Below, one piece after another: positions 38,581 to 49,857 of a stretch of 64,000 nt of DNA. Numbering within the stretch: position 1 is the first letter of the stretch; each line of letters begins with the position of its first letter. Location: assembly GCF_018977255.1 (NCBI RefSeq), contig NW_024704743.1, positions 11,658,001 through 11,722,000 on the forward strand, read 5' to 3'. Under the pieces are notes generated by a model. The model did no database searches. It was given only the letters and a program-made list of their open reading frames with translations, and was not told the DNA's origin. Source of the DNA: Callorhinchus milii. Its lineage: Eukaryota. A program made the translations under genes and the position numbers.

Positions 38581-38659
38581 TCTTCCTGAACCAATGCGTG
38601 TTCCATTCGTCCGTTTCAGTTAGCTGGTGGGTTGTGCTCCTTGTAGCAATCTCGCACAC

Positions 38660-39763
38660 ATATCCCTGGTGCTGCTCCAGCAACAATATATTTGGATTAT
38701 CTGACTGATGATGGATTTTCCAGTGCAGTGTCTTAATGTCACTCTGCAGCTTTATCAACAACAAATTACTTTTGTATATCGCCTTTCATGCCCGGAGGTT
38801 GTCCCAAGGTGCTGGACAGTAAAGGATTTGGACCCAAGCTGGGGGATGGGATCAGGAGGGGTGGAGGGCAGGGAGGTTAGGGGTTGGATAGTGACCGAAG
38901 GCACGGTCGAAGCAGAGAGTCTTGAAATCTGGCCTTGAAGGAGGCAAGGGAGGGAACAAAGCGAAGGAAAAAATATGTTGAGCTGTGGTAGTTGGCTCAG
39001 TTTACTTGAATGCAAGAAATGCCCTAGCGATCCATCCATCAGTGACTAGACAGCAAAGCTGTAAGATTAGCAAAGGGGAAGATTTGGAGAAATATTTTTT
39101 ACACAGAGAATGTGGAATGCCCTGCCAGGCACAGCGGTCGAGGTGGAATCCATATTATAATAAATAATAATAATAATCCTTGCATTTGATATAGCGCTTT
39201 TCACGTCGGGAGGACGTCCCAAAGCGCTTCACAGAACACACTGTAAAGTGAATGACTGTATATTTGTGGGCGAACGTGGCAGCCAATTGCGCACAGCAAT
39301 GTCCCACAAACAGTCGTAGATTGAAAATGACCAATTTATTATTGTTTTTGGTTTTGGAGGGATTATTATTAGGCTCTGTGTGGAGTAAGGAAACTTACCC
39401 AAGGTTTCGCCCTCTGCCTGGAATTGAACTCAGGTCTCTCGCTTGCAAAGCGAGTGCTCTTACCACTGAGCTACAGGACTCCACAAATAGTCCTTGCAAT
39501 TGATATAGCGCCTTATCACATAGTTAAGACCCATCAATACGCTTCATGGAATATACTGTAAAGTGGATTGACTTGTGTGCGAAACTGAAAGTCTGAGAGA
39601 TCCTAAGGTTAATTTCTGGTATGTGCAGAGTTATCTGATCTCAACTAAAATAGCTGTTAAGATGCAACCTTTGCAACTCATGCTATGGGGTGCTGGGGGA
39701 GGAGAGGAAAGCCAGGAATCCCATGCCCTGCTGGACAAAGTGCAAGTGTGTAGATATTGGGTG
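38660..39763 (+). repeat. Local direct duplication, copy 1 (contains a minus-strand SINE at ~39163-39484)
   Basis: Collinear and highly similar to 40901-41741, from ATATCCCTGGTGCTGCTCC to GTGTGTAGATATTG.GTG. Confidence 0.92.
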
Positions 39764-40573
39764 GATCAGATTTGCCTGTGCATTCGCATTTGAATGCAAA
39801 TGCACAGGCAAATCTGGACCACTGGAACTCCATCCCAGAGCCCATCCTCCTCTGTCTCACCCAACCCTTGCCTCCTTGAAGGCTGGTCTCAAGACCTTCC
39901 TTTTGACCATGCCTTCAGTCATCCTCCCACCTTCACCCCACTTGCCCGCCACCCTTCTTGACTCTAACCCACAACTCGGGTTCAAATCCTTCATTCTCCA
40001 GCACCCCGGGACGTCCTCCCGATGTGAAAAGCGTTATATAAAAAATCAACCTGATGGTGTTGAATACCTGCCAGCACTTGCACATGAACTTCAACATGAG
40101 CAAAGTATCTGACAGAACTGATTTGCACCTGTACCCTAATAGAAGGAAAACAAAGCCAAAATCTTTCATAGAGTAGGGAAAAAAATCAATGGAAACAACA
40201 ATTTATAGAATACTTTATGTAGGGTATTGTCTCCGATTCATTGTATGTGTGTGTTAGTTGGGGGGGAGTGCGTAGAAAATGTAAGAATGAGTAAGCTTGC
40301 ATAACCTGATTGGCAAATGAGTCCTAGGAATTTACTGGACCTGCTTAAAAGTTTTTATTTATACAATGCTGTGTGCAAATTGGATGCCAAATTTGCCTAC
40401 AAAATGCACAGTCATTATTTACAGTAAAATCCTGTGACTTTGAAATGCCTCAATATTGTGATTACCAAGCAAGGATGATTATCGTGAGTATTTGTGTCAA
40501 TCTTGTAAAGAAACTATTTGATAAAGCCAGGCAGGATCGTTAGGAAATAATCATTGGTTGCTCTTTCTTTAAG

Positions 40574-40732
40574 GATTTGGCAGTGGTGTATTCTTCCCAA
40601 CTGGGTGTTGGTAGAGAGATGGTGGAACGTGTCTTGGAGAGCTTGAGGTGTAATTCACTGCAAGGTCTCATTGCAAAGAAAGCCTTTGAGGACACTGGAC
40701 TGGCGACAATACGAATCCATTATACAACTTGT
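40574..40732 (+). CDS. NUB1: NUB1-like, second coding exon
   Basis: Acceptor TCTTTCTTTAAG; DLAVVYSSQLGVGREMVERVLESLRCNSLQGLIAKKAFEDTGLATIRIHYTTC vs DLAKQYS..VEKVIEEIRC..TGIATI; donor GTAAGT, phase 0. Confidence 0.87.
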
Positions 40733-40900
40733 GTAAGTACATCACTCTAGAACCTGTTTAACATTTGAATACAATATGTGGAGTCCTGTAGCGCAGTTGT
40801 TAACATGTTTGCTTCGCAAGTGAGATGACCCGGGTTCGAATTCCGGGTGGGGCAAAACCTTAGGCAAGTTTTCTTATTCCACATGTTTACCTAGCAGTAA

Positions 40901-41741
40901 ATATCCCTGGTGCTGCTCCTGCAACAATGTATTTGGATTATTTGACTGATGATGGATTTTCCAGTGCATGTCTTAATGTCGCTTTACCAACAACAAATTA
41001 CTTTTGTATATTGCCTTTCATGCCCGGAGGTTGTCCCAAGGTGCTGGACAGTAAAGGATTTGGACCCAAGCTGGGGGATGGGATCAGGAGGGGTGGAAGA
41101 CAGGGAGGTTAGGGGTTGGATAGTGACCGAAGGCACGGTCGAAGCAGAGAGTCTTGAAATCTGGCCTTGAAGGAGGCAAGGGAGGGAACAAAGCGAAGGG
41201 AAAAATATGTTAAGCTGTGGTAGTTGGCTCAGTTTACTTGAATGCAGGAAATGCCCTAGCGATCCATCCATCAGTGACTAGACAGCAAAGCTGTAAGATT
41301 AGCAAAGGGGAAGATTTGGAGAAATATTTTTTACACAGAGAATGTGGGACATCCTTCCAACGTGAAAGGAGCTCTATAAATGGAATCTTGTTGTTGTTGT
41401 TGGAATGCCCTGCCAGGCACAGCGGTCGAGGTAGAATCCATATTATAATAAATAATAATAGTCCTTGCAATTGATATAGCGCCTTATCACAAAGTTGAGA
41501 CGCATCAATTCGCTTCACGGAATATACTGTAAAGTGGATTGACTGTGTACTTGTGTGTGAAACTGAAAGTCTGAGAGATCCTAAGGTTAATTTCTGGTAT
41601 GTGCAGAGTTATCTGATCTCAACTTGAGTAGCTGTTGAGATGCAACCTTTGCAACTCATGTTATGGGGTGCTGGGGGAGGAGAGGAAAGCCAGGAATCCC
41701 ATGCCCTGCTGGACAAAGTGCAAGTGTGTAGATATTGAGTG
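40901..41741 (+). repeat. Local direct duplication, copy 2 (contains a ~55-nt L2 tail at ~41346-41403)
   Basis: Collinear with copy 1; the ORF track shows near-identical spurious peptides in both copies. Confidence 0.92.
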
Positions 41742-42475
41742 TTTCGGACCTGAGCTGTGGGTCGGGGTTGGGAAGGGGGGAAGGAGGGTGAACGAAGGCA
41801 CAGTCGAAGAAGAGGGTCTTGAGATGGGTCTTGAAGGAGGCAAGTGAGGGGGCAAGGTGGAGGGACCGGGGGATGGAGTTCCAGAGGATGGAGGCAGAGT
41901 GACTGAAAGCCTGCCCACCAATGTCTGCGTTGGAGGAGGATAGAGTGGTCAACGGTATTGAAGGCAGCAGAGAGGTCAAGGAGGACGAGGAGGCAGAGGG
42001 AGCCCTGTTTGCAGATGGACAAAATATAATTTGTTACTTTGACTAAAGCTGTTTCTGTGCTGTACAGAAACCCGATTGGAGGGGTTTGTGGAGGGAGAGG
42101 AAGGAGTGAAGTTGGGAAGCAACGACTAGTTCCAGAACCTTGGAAAGGAAAGGGAGGTTGGAGATGGGGCGGTAATTTGAGAGCAGAGATGGATTTAGGG
42201 AGGGTTTTTTAAGGATAGGAGTGATTGTGGCCATTTATAAAGGGATGGGAACGGTGCCAGTGGAGTAGGGAAGCAAGGAGGTGGAGTCGGGAAGTAAGGA
42301 GACGGGCAGGGATGGGGTCGAGTGAGCAGTTGGTGGGTTTCATGTGGGTTATAGTGGTGGTGAGAGAGGAGGGGGAAACAGGTTCAATAGTGTGGAGGGA
42401 GGGGTCGGTAGCAGCTGGGGTGTGAGGGGGAGATGGGAGGGGGTAGTAGATAGAAGGGCAGAGGCAGCTGATAGT
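41742..42475 (-). mobile_element. Old L2 fragments
   Basis: [26 protein letters not shown] and [15 protein letters not shown] motifs. Confidence 0.85.
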
Positions 42476-43634
42476 TGTCCACATTTTGGAAAATAACCTT
42501 TTTAAGAAAGGCATCAAAATTATAAGGTGACTGATGCCGAGAGGTTTCAGTGATATCAAAACGCCTCTCAATCATATTTCAACAGTCACCAATGTGATTT
42601 GTGCCAAGTCCAACACAAACCTAATTCATTATTTTTGATTTGGTCAAATGCCTTTACTAGATATAGTGCTAGAATTGTAAGGTGATGAGAATTATGGACG
42701 TTGTCAGCCTTGCTCAGTTGGTAGCACTAGTCAGATGTTGTGAGTTCAAGACCCAAATCGAGACTTTGAGCTTAGGCTGACACTCCAGTGTGGAACTGAG
42801 AGCTACATTGTTGGAGGTGTTGACTTTCGAATGAGGCATCAAACAGAGTTTCCATCTCCCTATTCAGGTGGTCGTTAAAGATCTCACTTCACTATTTGAA
42901 AAGAGACTACACTTTAAAGTAGATTCTGTGAAGCGCTTTGAGATGTTCAGTAACGTAAATTAGATTTTTTTAAAAATCAACAAATTTAATAATCCTTAAT
43001 AATCCTTGCATTTGATATCATCATCTTTACATTTGATATAGCACCTTATCACATCGTTAGGACGTCTCCAAGCGCTTCACAGAATATACTGTAAAGTGAA
43101 TTGACTGCATATTTTGTGGACGAAAAGTTATCGTCTTGATTCAACCATAATTCAACACGAGCTAAAGGAACGATGAACATAAACTTAATCATAACTTGAA
43201 AAGATCTCTTCCTATTGTACAGGTATAACTTTTGTTGTACTTATAATACCAGTTCAAAACTGGTGAGAAATTATTGAGAAATTACATTGAAATGTCAATC
43301 ACTCCACATTAGTTGTTTTAAGAGAGGAGGCTTTAATCATCCCATCAATCAGGATTGGGTTTGAACTCAGGTTGTACAGAACCAAAAATGTCCCTTTGGC
43401 TGGTCCAAAGTACACCAAAAGTCATCCTGCAAAGCTCTTGCCTCTTATACCACTCATTTAAATTTTTCGGCCATTCTCTCTAATCCTCTCTTGAATTTAC
43501 TGCACTTCTGGCTCCACTGATTCCATGGGTCGTCTGTTCTATTAAGCGCTCTGGGACGGTTCCCTGCTTGAGGGGCGCTACATAAGTGCAAGTTGTTGTT
43601 ATGGATTTGCTGCTTTATGTGGAAAATAATTTTG

Positions 43635-44342
43635 AAAATTGATGGTACAATCTTAAAAGGGTTCAAGGAACAGAGAGACCTGAGGGTTCATATAAGTAAA
43701 TCTTTGAAGATGACAAGACAGGTAGATAAAGCTGTTAAAAAAGCATACGGGATACAGGTTTTATAAATAGGGGCACAGAATACAAAAGTCAAGAAGTTAT
43801 GATGAACCTTTATCAAACACTGGTTAGGCCTCAGCGAGAGACTGGGTTCAGTTCTGGGCACCACACTTTAGGAAGGATGTCAAGGCATTGGAGAGGCTGC
43901 AAAGGAGATTTACCAGGATGGTACCAGGAATGAGGGACTTCAGTTATCAGGAGAAGCTAGGATTATTCTCCTTGGAGCAGAAAGGTTAAGAGAAGACTTA
44001 ATAGAAGTTTTCAAAATAATGAGGGGATTTGATCGGATGAACAAGGAGAAACTGTTTCCACTGGCGGGTGGATTGGTAACACGAGAACACTGATTTAAAA
44101 TAGTTGTTAAAAGAAACAGAGGGGAGGTGAGGAGAAATTTTTTCACACAGCAATTTTTCGGATCTGGAAGGCATTGCCTGAAAGGGTGGTGGAAACCGAT
44201 TCGATAACAACTTTTACGAGCGAAGTAGATAATTGTTTGGGGAGGACAAGTTTGCAGGGCTATGGGGAGAGAGTGGGGAGTGGGATTGATTGGAGGCGGC
44301 ACAGATATGATGGCCTCCTTCTGTGCTGTATAATTCTATGAT
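43635..44342 (+). mobile_element. CR1 3' fragment
   Basis: Reverse complement of the 47884-48620 type; ends CTGTGCTGTATAATTCTATGA. Confidence 0.88.
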
Positions 44343-44734
44343 AATTGCATTTGAATTGTTTGGCCTTCTGCCTCTGAACTTCAGTGCATCTCTCTTTTTC
44401 CTAGATTTTCTTCTATATTTCAATCCTAATAATGTATCTGTTAGTCCGGCTCAGTTGGGAGCACTCTTGTCTCAGAAAATCAGAAGGATTGGCCTCAAGC
44501 CCCGTGTTGGGACTTGGAATCTGGGCCAATATAAAAGTGTGGCCGCACTTTTTCTCGGAGTACGCTACAAACGTCCTCCTCTACTACAAGCATGCCAGAA
44601 ATTCCCCCCTCCACGACTAACCTGTACACACAGTGTACTGGGCCCCGCTATACACCTTCACACATAGTGTGCTAGGCCCCGGGCCTCTTGGGAGCCAGTA
44701 GAACCTGGGAGACAGTGGAACCTGACAAGGACCT

Positions 44735-45130
44735 TAGACTATATGGGTTCCAAGCTGGGCAAATAGAAAAGTGCGGAAATATTTGCAATTAATTATGGGG
44801 CGTTTGAAAAACTATTGAGGGCTGATTGGGCAATTGAGAGACGCATTTTTTGAAACGACCCGGATTAAAACTATAGCCATATATTTCCTGAACATAGTTA
44901 TGTTTAAGGTACAAAAAATGTTAATGTGAATAGTACAGCACTTACCAAGAATTTGTTGCAGGAGCTCAGTTTAGGCCATGAGTGCTGGGCAAAGCTAATT
45001 TCCTGCTTGCGCCACTTCCACGATCCCGACACTCCCCGCACTGAGCATGTGCGACTGGAGCCACTCCACCCACAGTAGCAACTTCGAGCAAATGCTTGTT
45101 TTTGGCCCAGCTTGGAACCCATATAATATA
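44735..45130. mobile_element. Unclassified MITE with a perfect 21-bp TIR core
   Basis: TATATGGGTTCCAAGCTGGGC (44740-44760) and GCCCAGCTTGGAACCCATATA (45105-45125). Confidence 0.75.
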
Positions 45131-45149
45131 GACTGACAATCCTGGAGCT

Positions 45150-46140
45150 ATGCAACTTGCATTTATATAGCACCCTTCACGTGGGGTAGCATTCCGGAGC
45201 GCTTGACAGTGGCGGAGTTTGACACTGAGAATGGGGAGGAGGACGGAGGTGACAGTAAGCATGATCAAAAAGAGGGATTTAAAAGTGGGGAGGGAGGGGG
45301 AAAGGCAGAGGGATAGAAGGAGAGACTTCCAGAGTTTCATGGCGTAGTGGCTGAAGGCCCTGCCACCGATGGTGGAGGGGACGAGGGACGAACAGGAGAC
45401 TGGAGCCAGACAAGCGGAGGTATTGGTGGAGTTGGGGGTAAGCAGGTCGGATAGGATGGGAGGTGCGAGGGCATGAGGGATTTGAAAACAAATGAGAGGA
45501 TCTTGAAATCGATCCATTCAGTAATTGGGAGCCAGTGGAATCTGGGAATGACTGGTGTGATGGAGATATGGATTTTATGCGGGTGAGAATCTGGGTGGCC
45601 AGGTTCTGAATTTTGTATGGTGGACCTGGGGAGACCAGCAAGGAGGGCATTCGAGTAGTCCAGTCCAGAAGTGTCAAAGGTGTGGATGAGGGTTTCAGCT
45701 ACTACAATCCTACTTTCACCTACTAAGGCGGATGAGGGAATAGAGGAGGATGGTGTGGTGGACTGTGTCAAGCCTGGCGGAGAGGTCGAGGAGAACTAGG
45801 AGGCAAAGAGAGCCCTGGTCACAGAGAGCGCGGACGTCATTTGTTACTTTGATGAGTGCTGTCTCTGTGCTGTGGGCAGGGCAGAAACCAGACTGGAGGG
45901 GTTTGAGTAGGGAATGGAAGGAGAGGTGGGAGTGAAGTTGATTTGCATCAACGCTTCATCTGGCTGATGATGGGGGAAAGGGAGGCGGGAGAGATGGGGC
46001 CAAAGGAGTGTAGGATGTGTGCCGTGCTAGGTGGAGAGGGTGGTGTGGGAGGCATTGGGGTGGGTGAGATGGGGGGAGGAAGAGGCAACAACCAGGCGGA
46101 TGTTGTCCATCTTGGAGTTAAAAAAGTCCACTTGGCATCT
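45150..46140 (-). mobile_element. Old L2 with internal deletion
   Basis: ETLIHTFDTSGLDYSNALLAGLP..FHWLP..IDFKIL plus an upstream RT fragment. Confidence 0.8.
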
Positions 46141-46491
46141 GAAGTGAGCAGATAATGATAATTAAGGTCCTGTCAGTCTGTCTAGGTGGATATTAAAGAT
46201 CCCGTTACACTATTTAATGAGAAGGGAATTTCTCCTGGTGTCATGGCCCTCACTCCATCGCTGTTTGTGGGACACTGCTGTGGGCATATTGCCTTTTTTT
46301 TATATAATCTTAAATGCTTCATTTACATTTCCCTTGAGGCTTCTCTTTAATGTGAACATTCCTGGCTATTATCACCTGTCCTCCATGATATCCATGTTTT
46401 ACACAGATATTGTGTGAAATGGTCCATTATTTGTTCACTAAAGATGGTTGCATCTGTTCAATCAATCACATTGGTATTTGTTGCATTTCAG

Positions 46492-46559
46492 GATAAGAGA
46501 AAAGAAAAAATAAAGCTGTTGATTACATTAAATGCTTCAGCCAGAGAACTGGGGACTGA
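46492..46559 (+). CDS. NUB1: NUB1-like, third coding exon
   Basis: Acceptor TTGCATTTCAG; DKRKEKIKLLITLNASARELGT(E); donor GA|GTAAGT, phase 2, matching the next exon. Confidence 0.8.
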
Positions 46560-47094
46560 GTAAGTACTATCTGATTTACTTAAAAATACCCTTCGCTGCA
46601 CTTGGCAATTACCTGTGAACTGCTTTGGAGACATTTCAACATTATAGGGGCTATATCAAATGTAAAGGTTATTATTTGTGCTTAATTGTGTAGAATTTAC
46701 CTTATTAAATGATGACAATCCTTGGCATTTGATATAGCATCTTTTACGATGGGTAGCTAGGATATACTGTAAAGTGTAGTGATTGTATTATTAGTGTATT
46801 AGCCTGGCTTAGTTGGTAGAGCTCTCGCCTCTAAGTAAGAAGGTTGTGGGTCCAAACCCATGTTGGGACTTGGCACTCGTATAATATAAGATGACACTGT
46901 AGTGCTGGGGTTGCGTTGCATTGTAGGAGATGCTGTCCTTCGGATGAGCAGTTAAACTGCGTGTTCAGGTGGAAGGTAAAGCTCTCCTGGCACTATGCAA
47001 AAAGAGAAGGGAGTTTCTCCCGGTGTCCTGGCCATCATTTCCTTGAAATAAAATTGGTCACTTGCTTGTTTGCCTAATTCTGTAAAGTATTAGA

Positions 47095-47470
47095 CTCAGG
47101 TTGGCAGGAGCCCAGGCTTGGGGACTCCAGGATGTGTGCTTGGGCTTGCTGGAGTCGAACCAGATAAAAAAACGCATAACTTGCCATTGATACATTGTCA
47201 AGCTTTCCCCACTGCTTGTCCATCTAGAACAACCCTACCCAATAGGGCTTTAACTAGCAGGGTTAACAGTAGCCGTGTGGGAGAATTCCCTGTGCCCAGT
47301 GATTGGTTTGCCCTTCCAAGTCCTGCTGATGACCCAGGCATCAGCAGTGTCCTGGAGTACTTCAGACCCACCTTGCTCAAGAACTGCCACAGAGGGGGCT
47401 GGCTCGATTCCAATATTCTGTTACCAGCCATGTCACTTTGGAGCCAGTTCAGCTTCAAGGAGAGCCCACG
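47095..47470 (-). mobile_element. RTE-X-like family copy (ORF end and 3'UTR)
   Basis: Reverse complement aligns with ~23945-24300. Confidence 0.6.
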
Positions 47471-47564
47471 TGTAAACACTGGCACTGACAAATTGGGCCA
47501 AGTGGCCTGTCAGCGTACTGTACAATCTGTATATAAATCCAGTCTGATCTTTAATTGTTAACAG

Positions 47565-47635
47565 AATTGCAAGATTGACTGGAATGAGTGAAGGCCACAT
47601 GAAACTCATCATGAACTCCAAAGTTCTTAAAATGG
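47565..47635 (+). CDS. NUB1: NUB1-like, fourth coding exon (ubiquitin-like domain)
   Basis: Acceptor TTGTTAACAG; (E)IARLTGMSEGHMKLIMNSKVLKM vs IAETFGLQENYIKIVINKKQLQL; donor G|GTAAGT, phase 1. Confidence 0.83.
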
Positions 47636-49566
47636 GTAAGTTGGATACACAGTTGGAATTTGGAGGTTTTACAGAATGTAAAGGCATTGTTACTTAATTG
47701 GGGTGTTTTAACTGATATCATCAAGATGAGGGACGTTAATGGCAACCAATGTTAACATTGAACAAGTATAGCATGTTCAATGCAGATATGAGCTGCCCTC
47801 GTACTGCCTGAACACCGTAACTTGCAGCAAGAAAAACGACTGTTATTTATATTGTGCCCTTCACATGAGAGAATTTCGAGACCATAGAATCATAGAATTA
47901 TACAGCACAAAAGGAGGCAATTCGGCCCAATGTGTCTGTCTTGGCTCTTCGAAAAGAGATATCCAATCAATCCCACTCCCCCACTCTCTCCCCATAGCCC
48001 TGAAAACTTGTTTTCCCCAAATAATTATCTACTTCTCTCGTAAAAGTTGTTATCGAATCGGTTTCCAGCACCCTTTCAGCCAATGCCTTCCAGATCCGAA
48101 TAATTGGCTGTGTGAAAAAAATTCTCCTCAACTCCCCTCTGTTTCTTTTAACAATTATTTTAAATCAGTGTCCTTGGGTTACCAACCCACCCGCCAGTGG
48201 AAGTAGTTCACCTTGTTCACCTGATCAAATCCTCTCAGAATTTTGAAAACATCTATTAAGTCTCCTCTTAAATCTTCTCCGCTCCAAGGAAAATAATCCT
48301 AGCTTCTCCTGATAACTGAAATCCCTCATTCCTGGTACCATCTTGGTAAATCTCCTTTGCACCCTATCCAATGCCTTGACATCCTTCCTATAGTGGTGCC
48401 CAGAACTGAACCCAGTCTCTAGCTGAGGCCTAACCAGTGTTTTATAAAGGTTCATCATAACTTCCTGACTTTTGTATTCTACGCCCCTATTTATAAAGCC
48501 TAGTATCCCGTATGCTTTTTTAACAGCTTTATCTACCTGTCCTGCCACCTTGAAAGATTTACTTATATGAACCCTCAGGTCTCTCTGTTCCTTCACCCCC
48601 TTTAAGATTGTACCATCAGCTTATATTGCCTCTCCTCATTCTGCCTCCGAAAAGGCATCACTTCGCATTTCCCCACATTAAACTCCATCTGCCACACATC
48701 TGCCCATTTTACCAGTCTAAGTCCTCTGCAGTGTGCTACTATCTTCCTCACTATTTACTACTTTTCCTAGCTTAGGGTCATCTGCAAACTTGGAAATTGT
48801 ACTTCCTGTACCCAAGTCCAGATCATTTATATAGATCAGAAAGAGCAGTGGTCCCGATATCAATCTCTACCACTGCTCACTTCCCTCCAGTCAGAGAAAC
48901 AATTGTTCATCACCACTCTCTGCTTTTTGTCTGCCAACCTGTTCTGTATCCATGCTGCCACTGTCCCTTTAATACCGTGGACTTCTATTTTGCTTACAAG
49001 TCTGGGTTAATAAAGGACAGCCAACATGGATTTGTTAAAGGCAAATCGTGTCTAACAAACCTGATAGATTTTTTGATGAAGTAACGGAGAGGGTGGATGA
49101 AGGTAGTGCAGTTGATATAGTTTATATGGATTTTCAAAAGGCGTTTGATAAAGTGCCACATAAAAGACTCCCGGATTATAGTCTCTAGAAGTTACCCCAC
49201 TACTGATGTTAGGCTGACTTGCCTGTAGTTCTTGGATTTATCCTTCTGCCCCTTTTTGTACAGGGGAGTAATATTTGCAACCCTCCAGTCCTCTGACACC
49301 ACTCCAGTGCTCAAGGAGGATTGAAAGATTGTGGACAGAACCTCCAGTAGTATTTCTACTCTTACTTCCCTCAGTAACCCAGGATGCATCCTGTCTGGAC
49401 CGGATTACTTATCTACCTTGAGCGCCATCAACCTTTTTCATACCTCCTCTCAGTTTATTCTTATCTTACCCAATGTGTCTACTCTCTCCTCCAATACTCT
49501 GGCATTGGCTGCATCCTCTTCCTTTGTGAAGACAGATGCAAAATACTCATTCAGTAGTTTGCATTG

Positions 49567-49857
49567 TGGAGTCCTGTAGCTCAATGGTTAGAGCGCTCGC
49601 CTCGCAAGTGAGAGACCTGGGTTTGATTCCTGGTAGGGCAAAAACCTTGGGCAAGTTTCCTTACTCCACATGCCTGATAATAATCCCTCAAGGAAAAAAA
49701 AAACAATAAATTGGTCACTTCAATGCACGATTGTTTGTTGGACACTGCTGTGCTCAATTGGCTGCTCAATTCACTTCACAGTATATTCCGTGAAGCGCTT
49801 TGAGACGTCTAGAAGAGGTGAAAACGCTATATCAAATGCAAGGATTATTATTATTAT
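49567..49857 (+). mobile_element. tRNA-derived SINE inserted in CR1
   Basis: GTGGAGTCCTGTAGCTCAATGG head through (TTA)n tail. Confidence 0.88.

Noticed and set aside
47320..47345. CTGATGA as a hammerhead ribozyme core in the RTE-X-like repeat
   Set aside because: The motif is not kept in the other copies and no GAAA/stem arrangement was found.
47198..47491. Extra protein encoded in the RTE-X-like 3' region (LLLTL..KAL.GRVV..GQ)
   Set aside because: Similar peptides just reflect DNA homology; stops and indels differ among copies and no domain was recognised.
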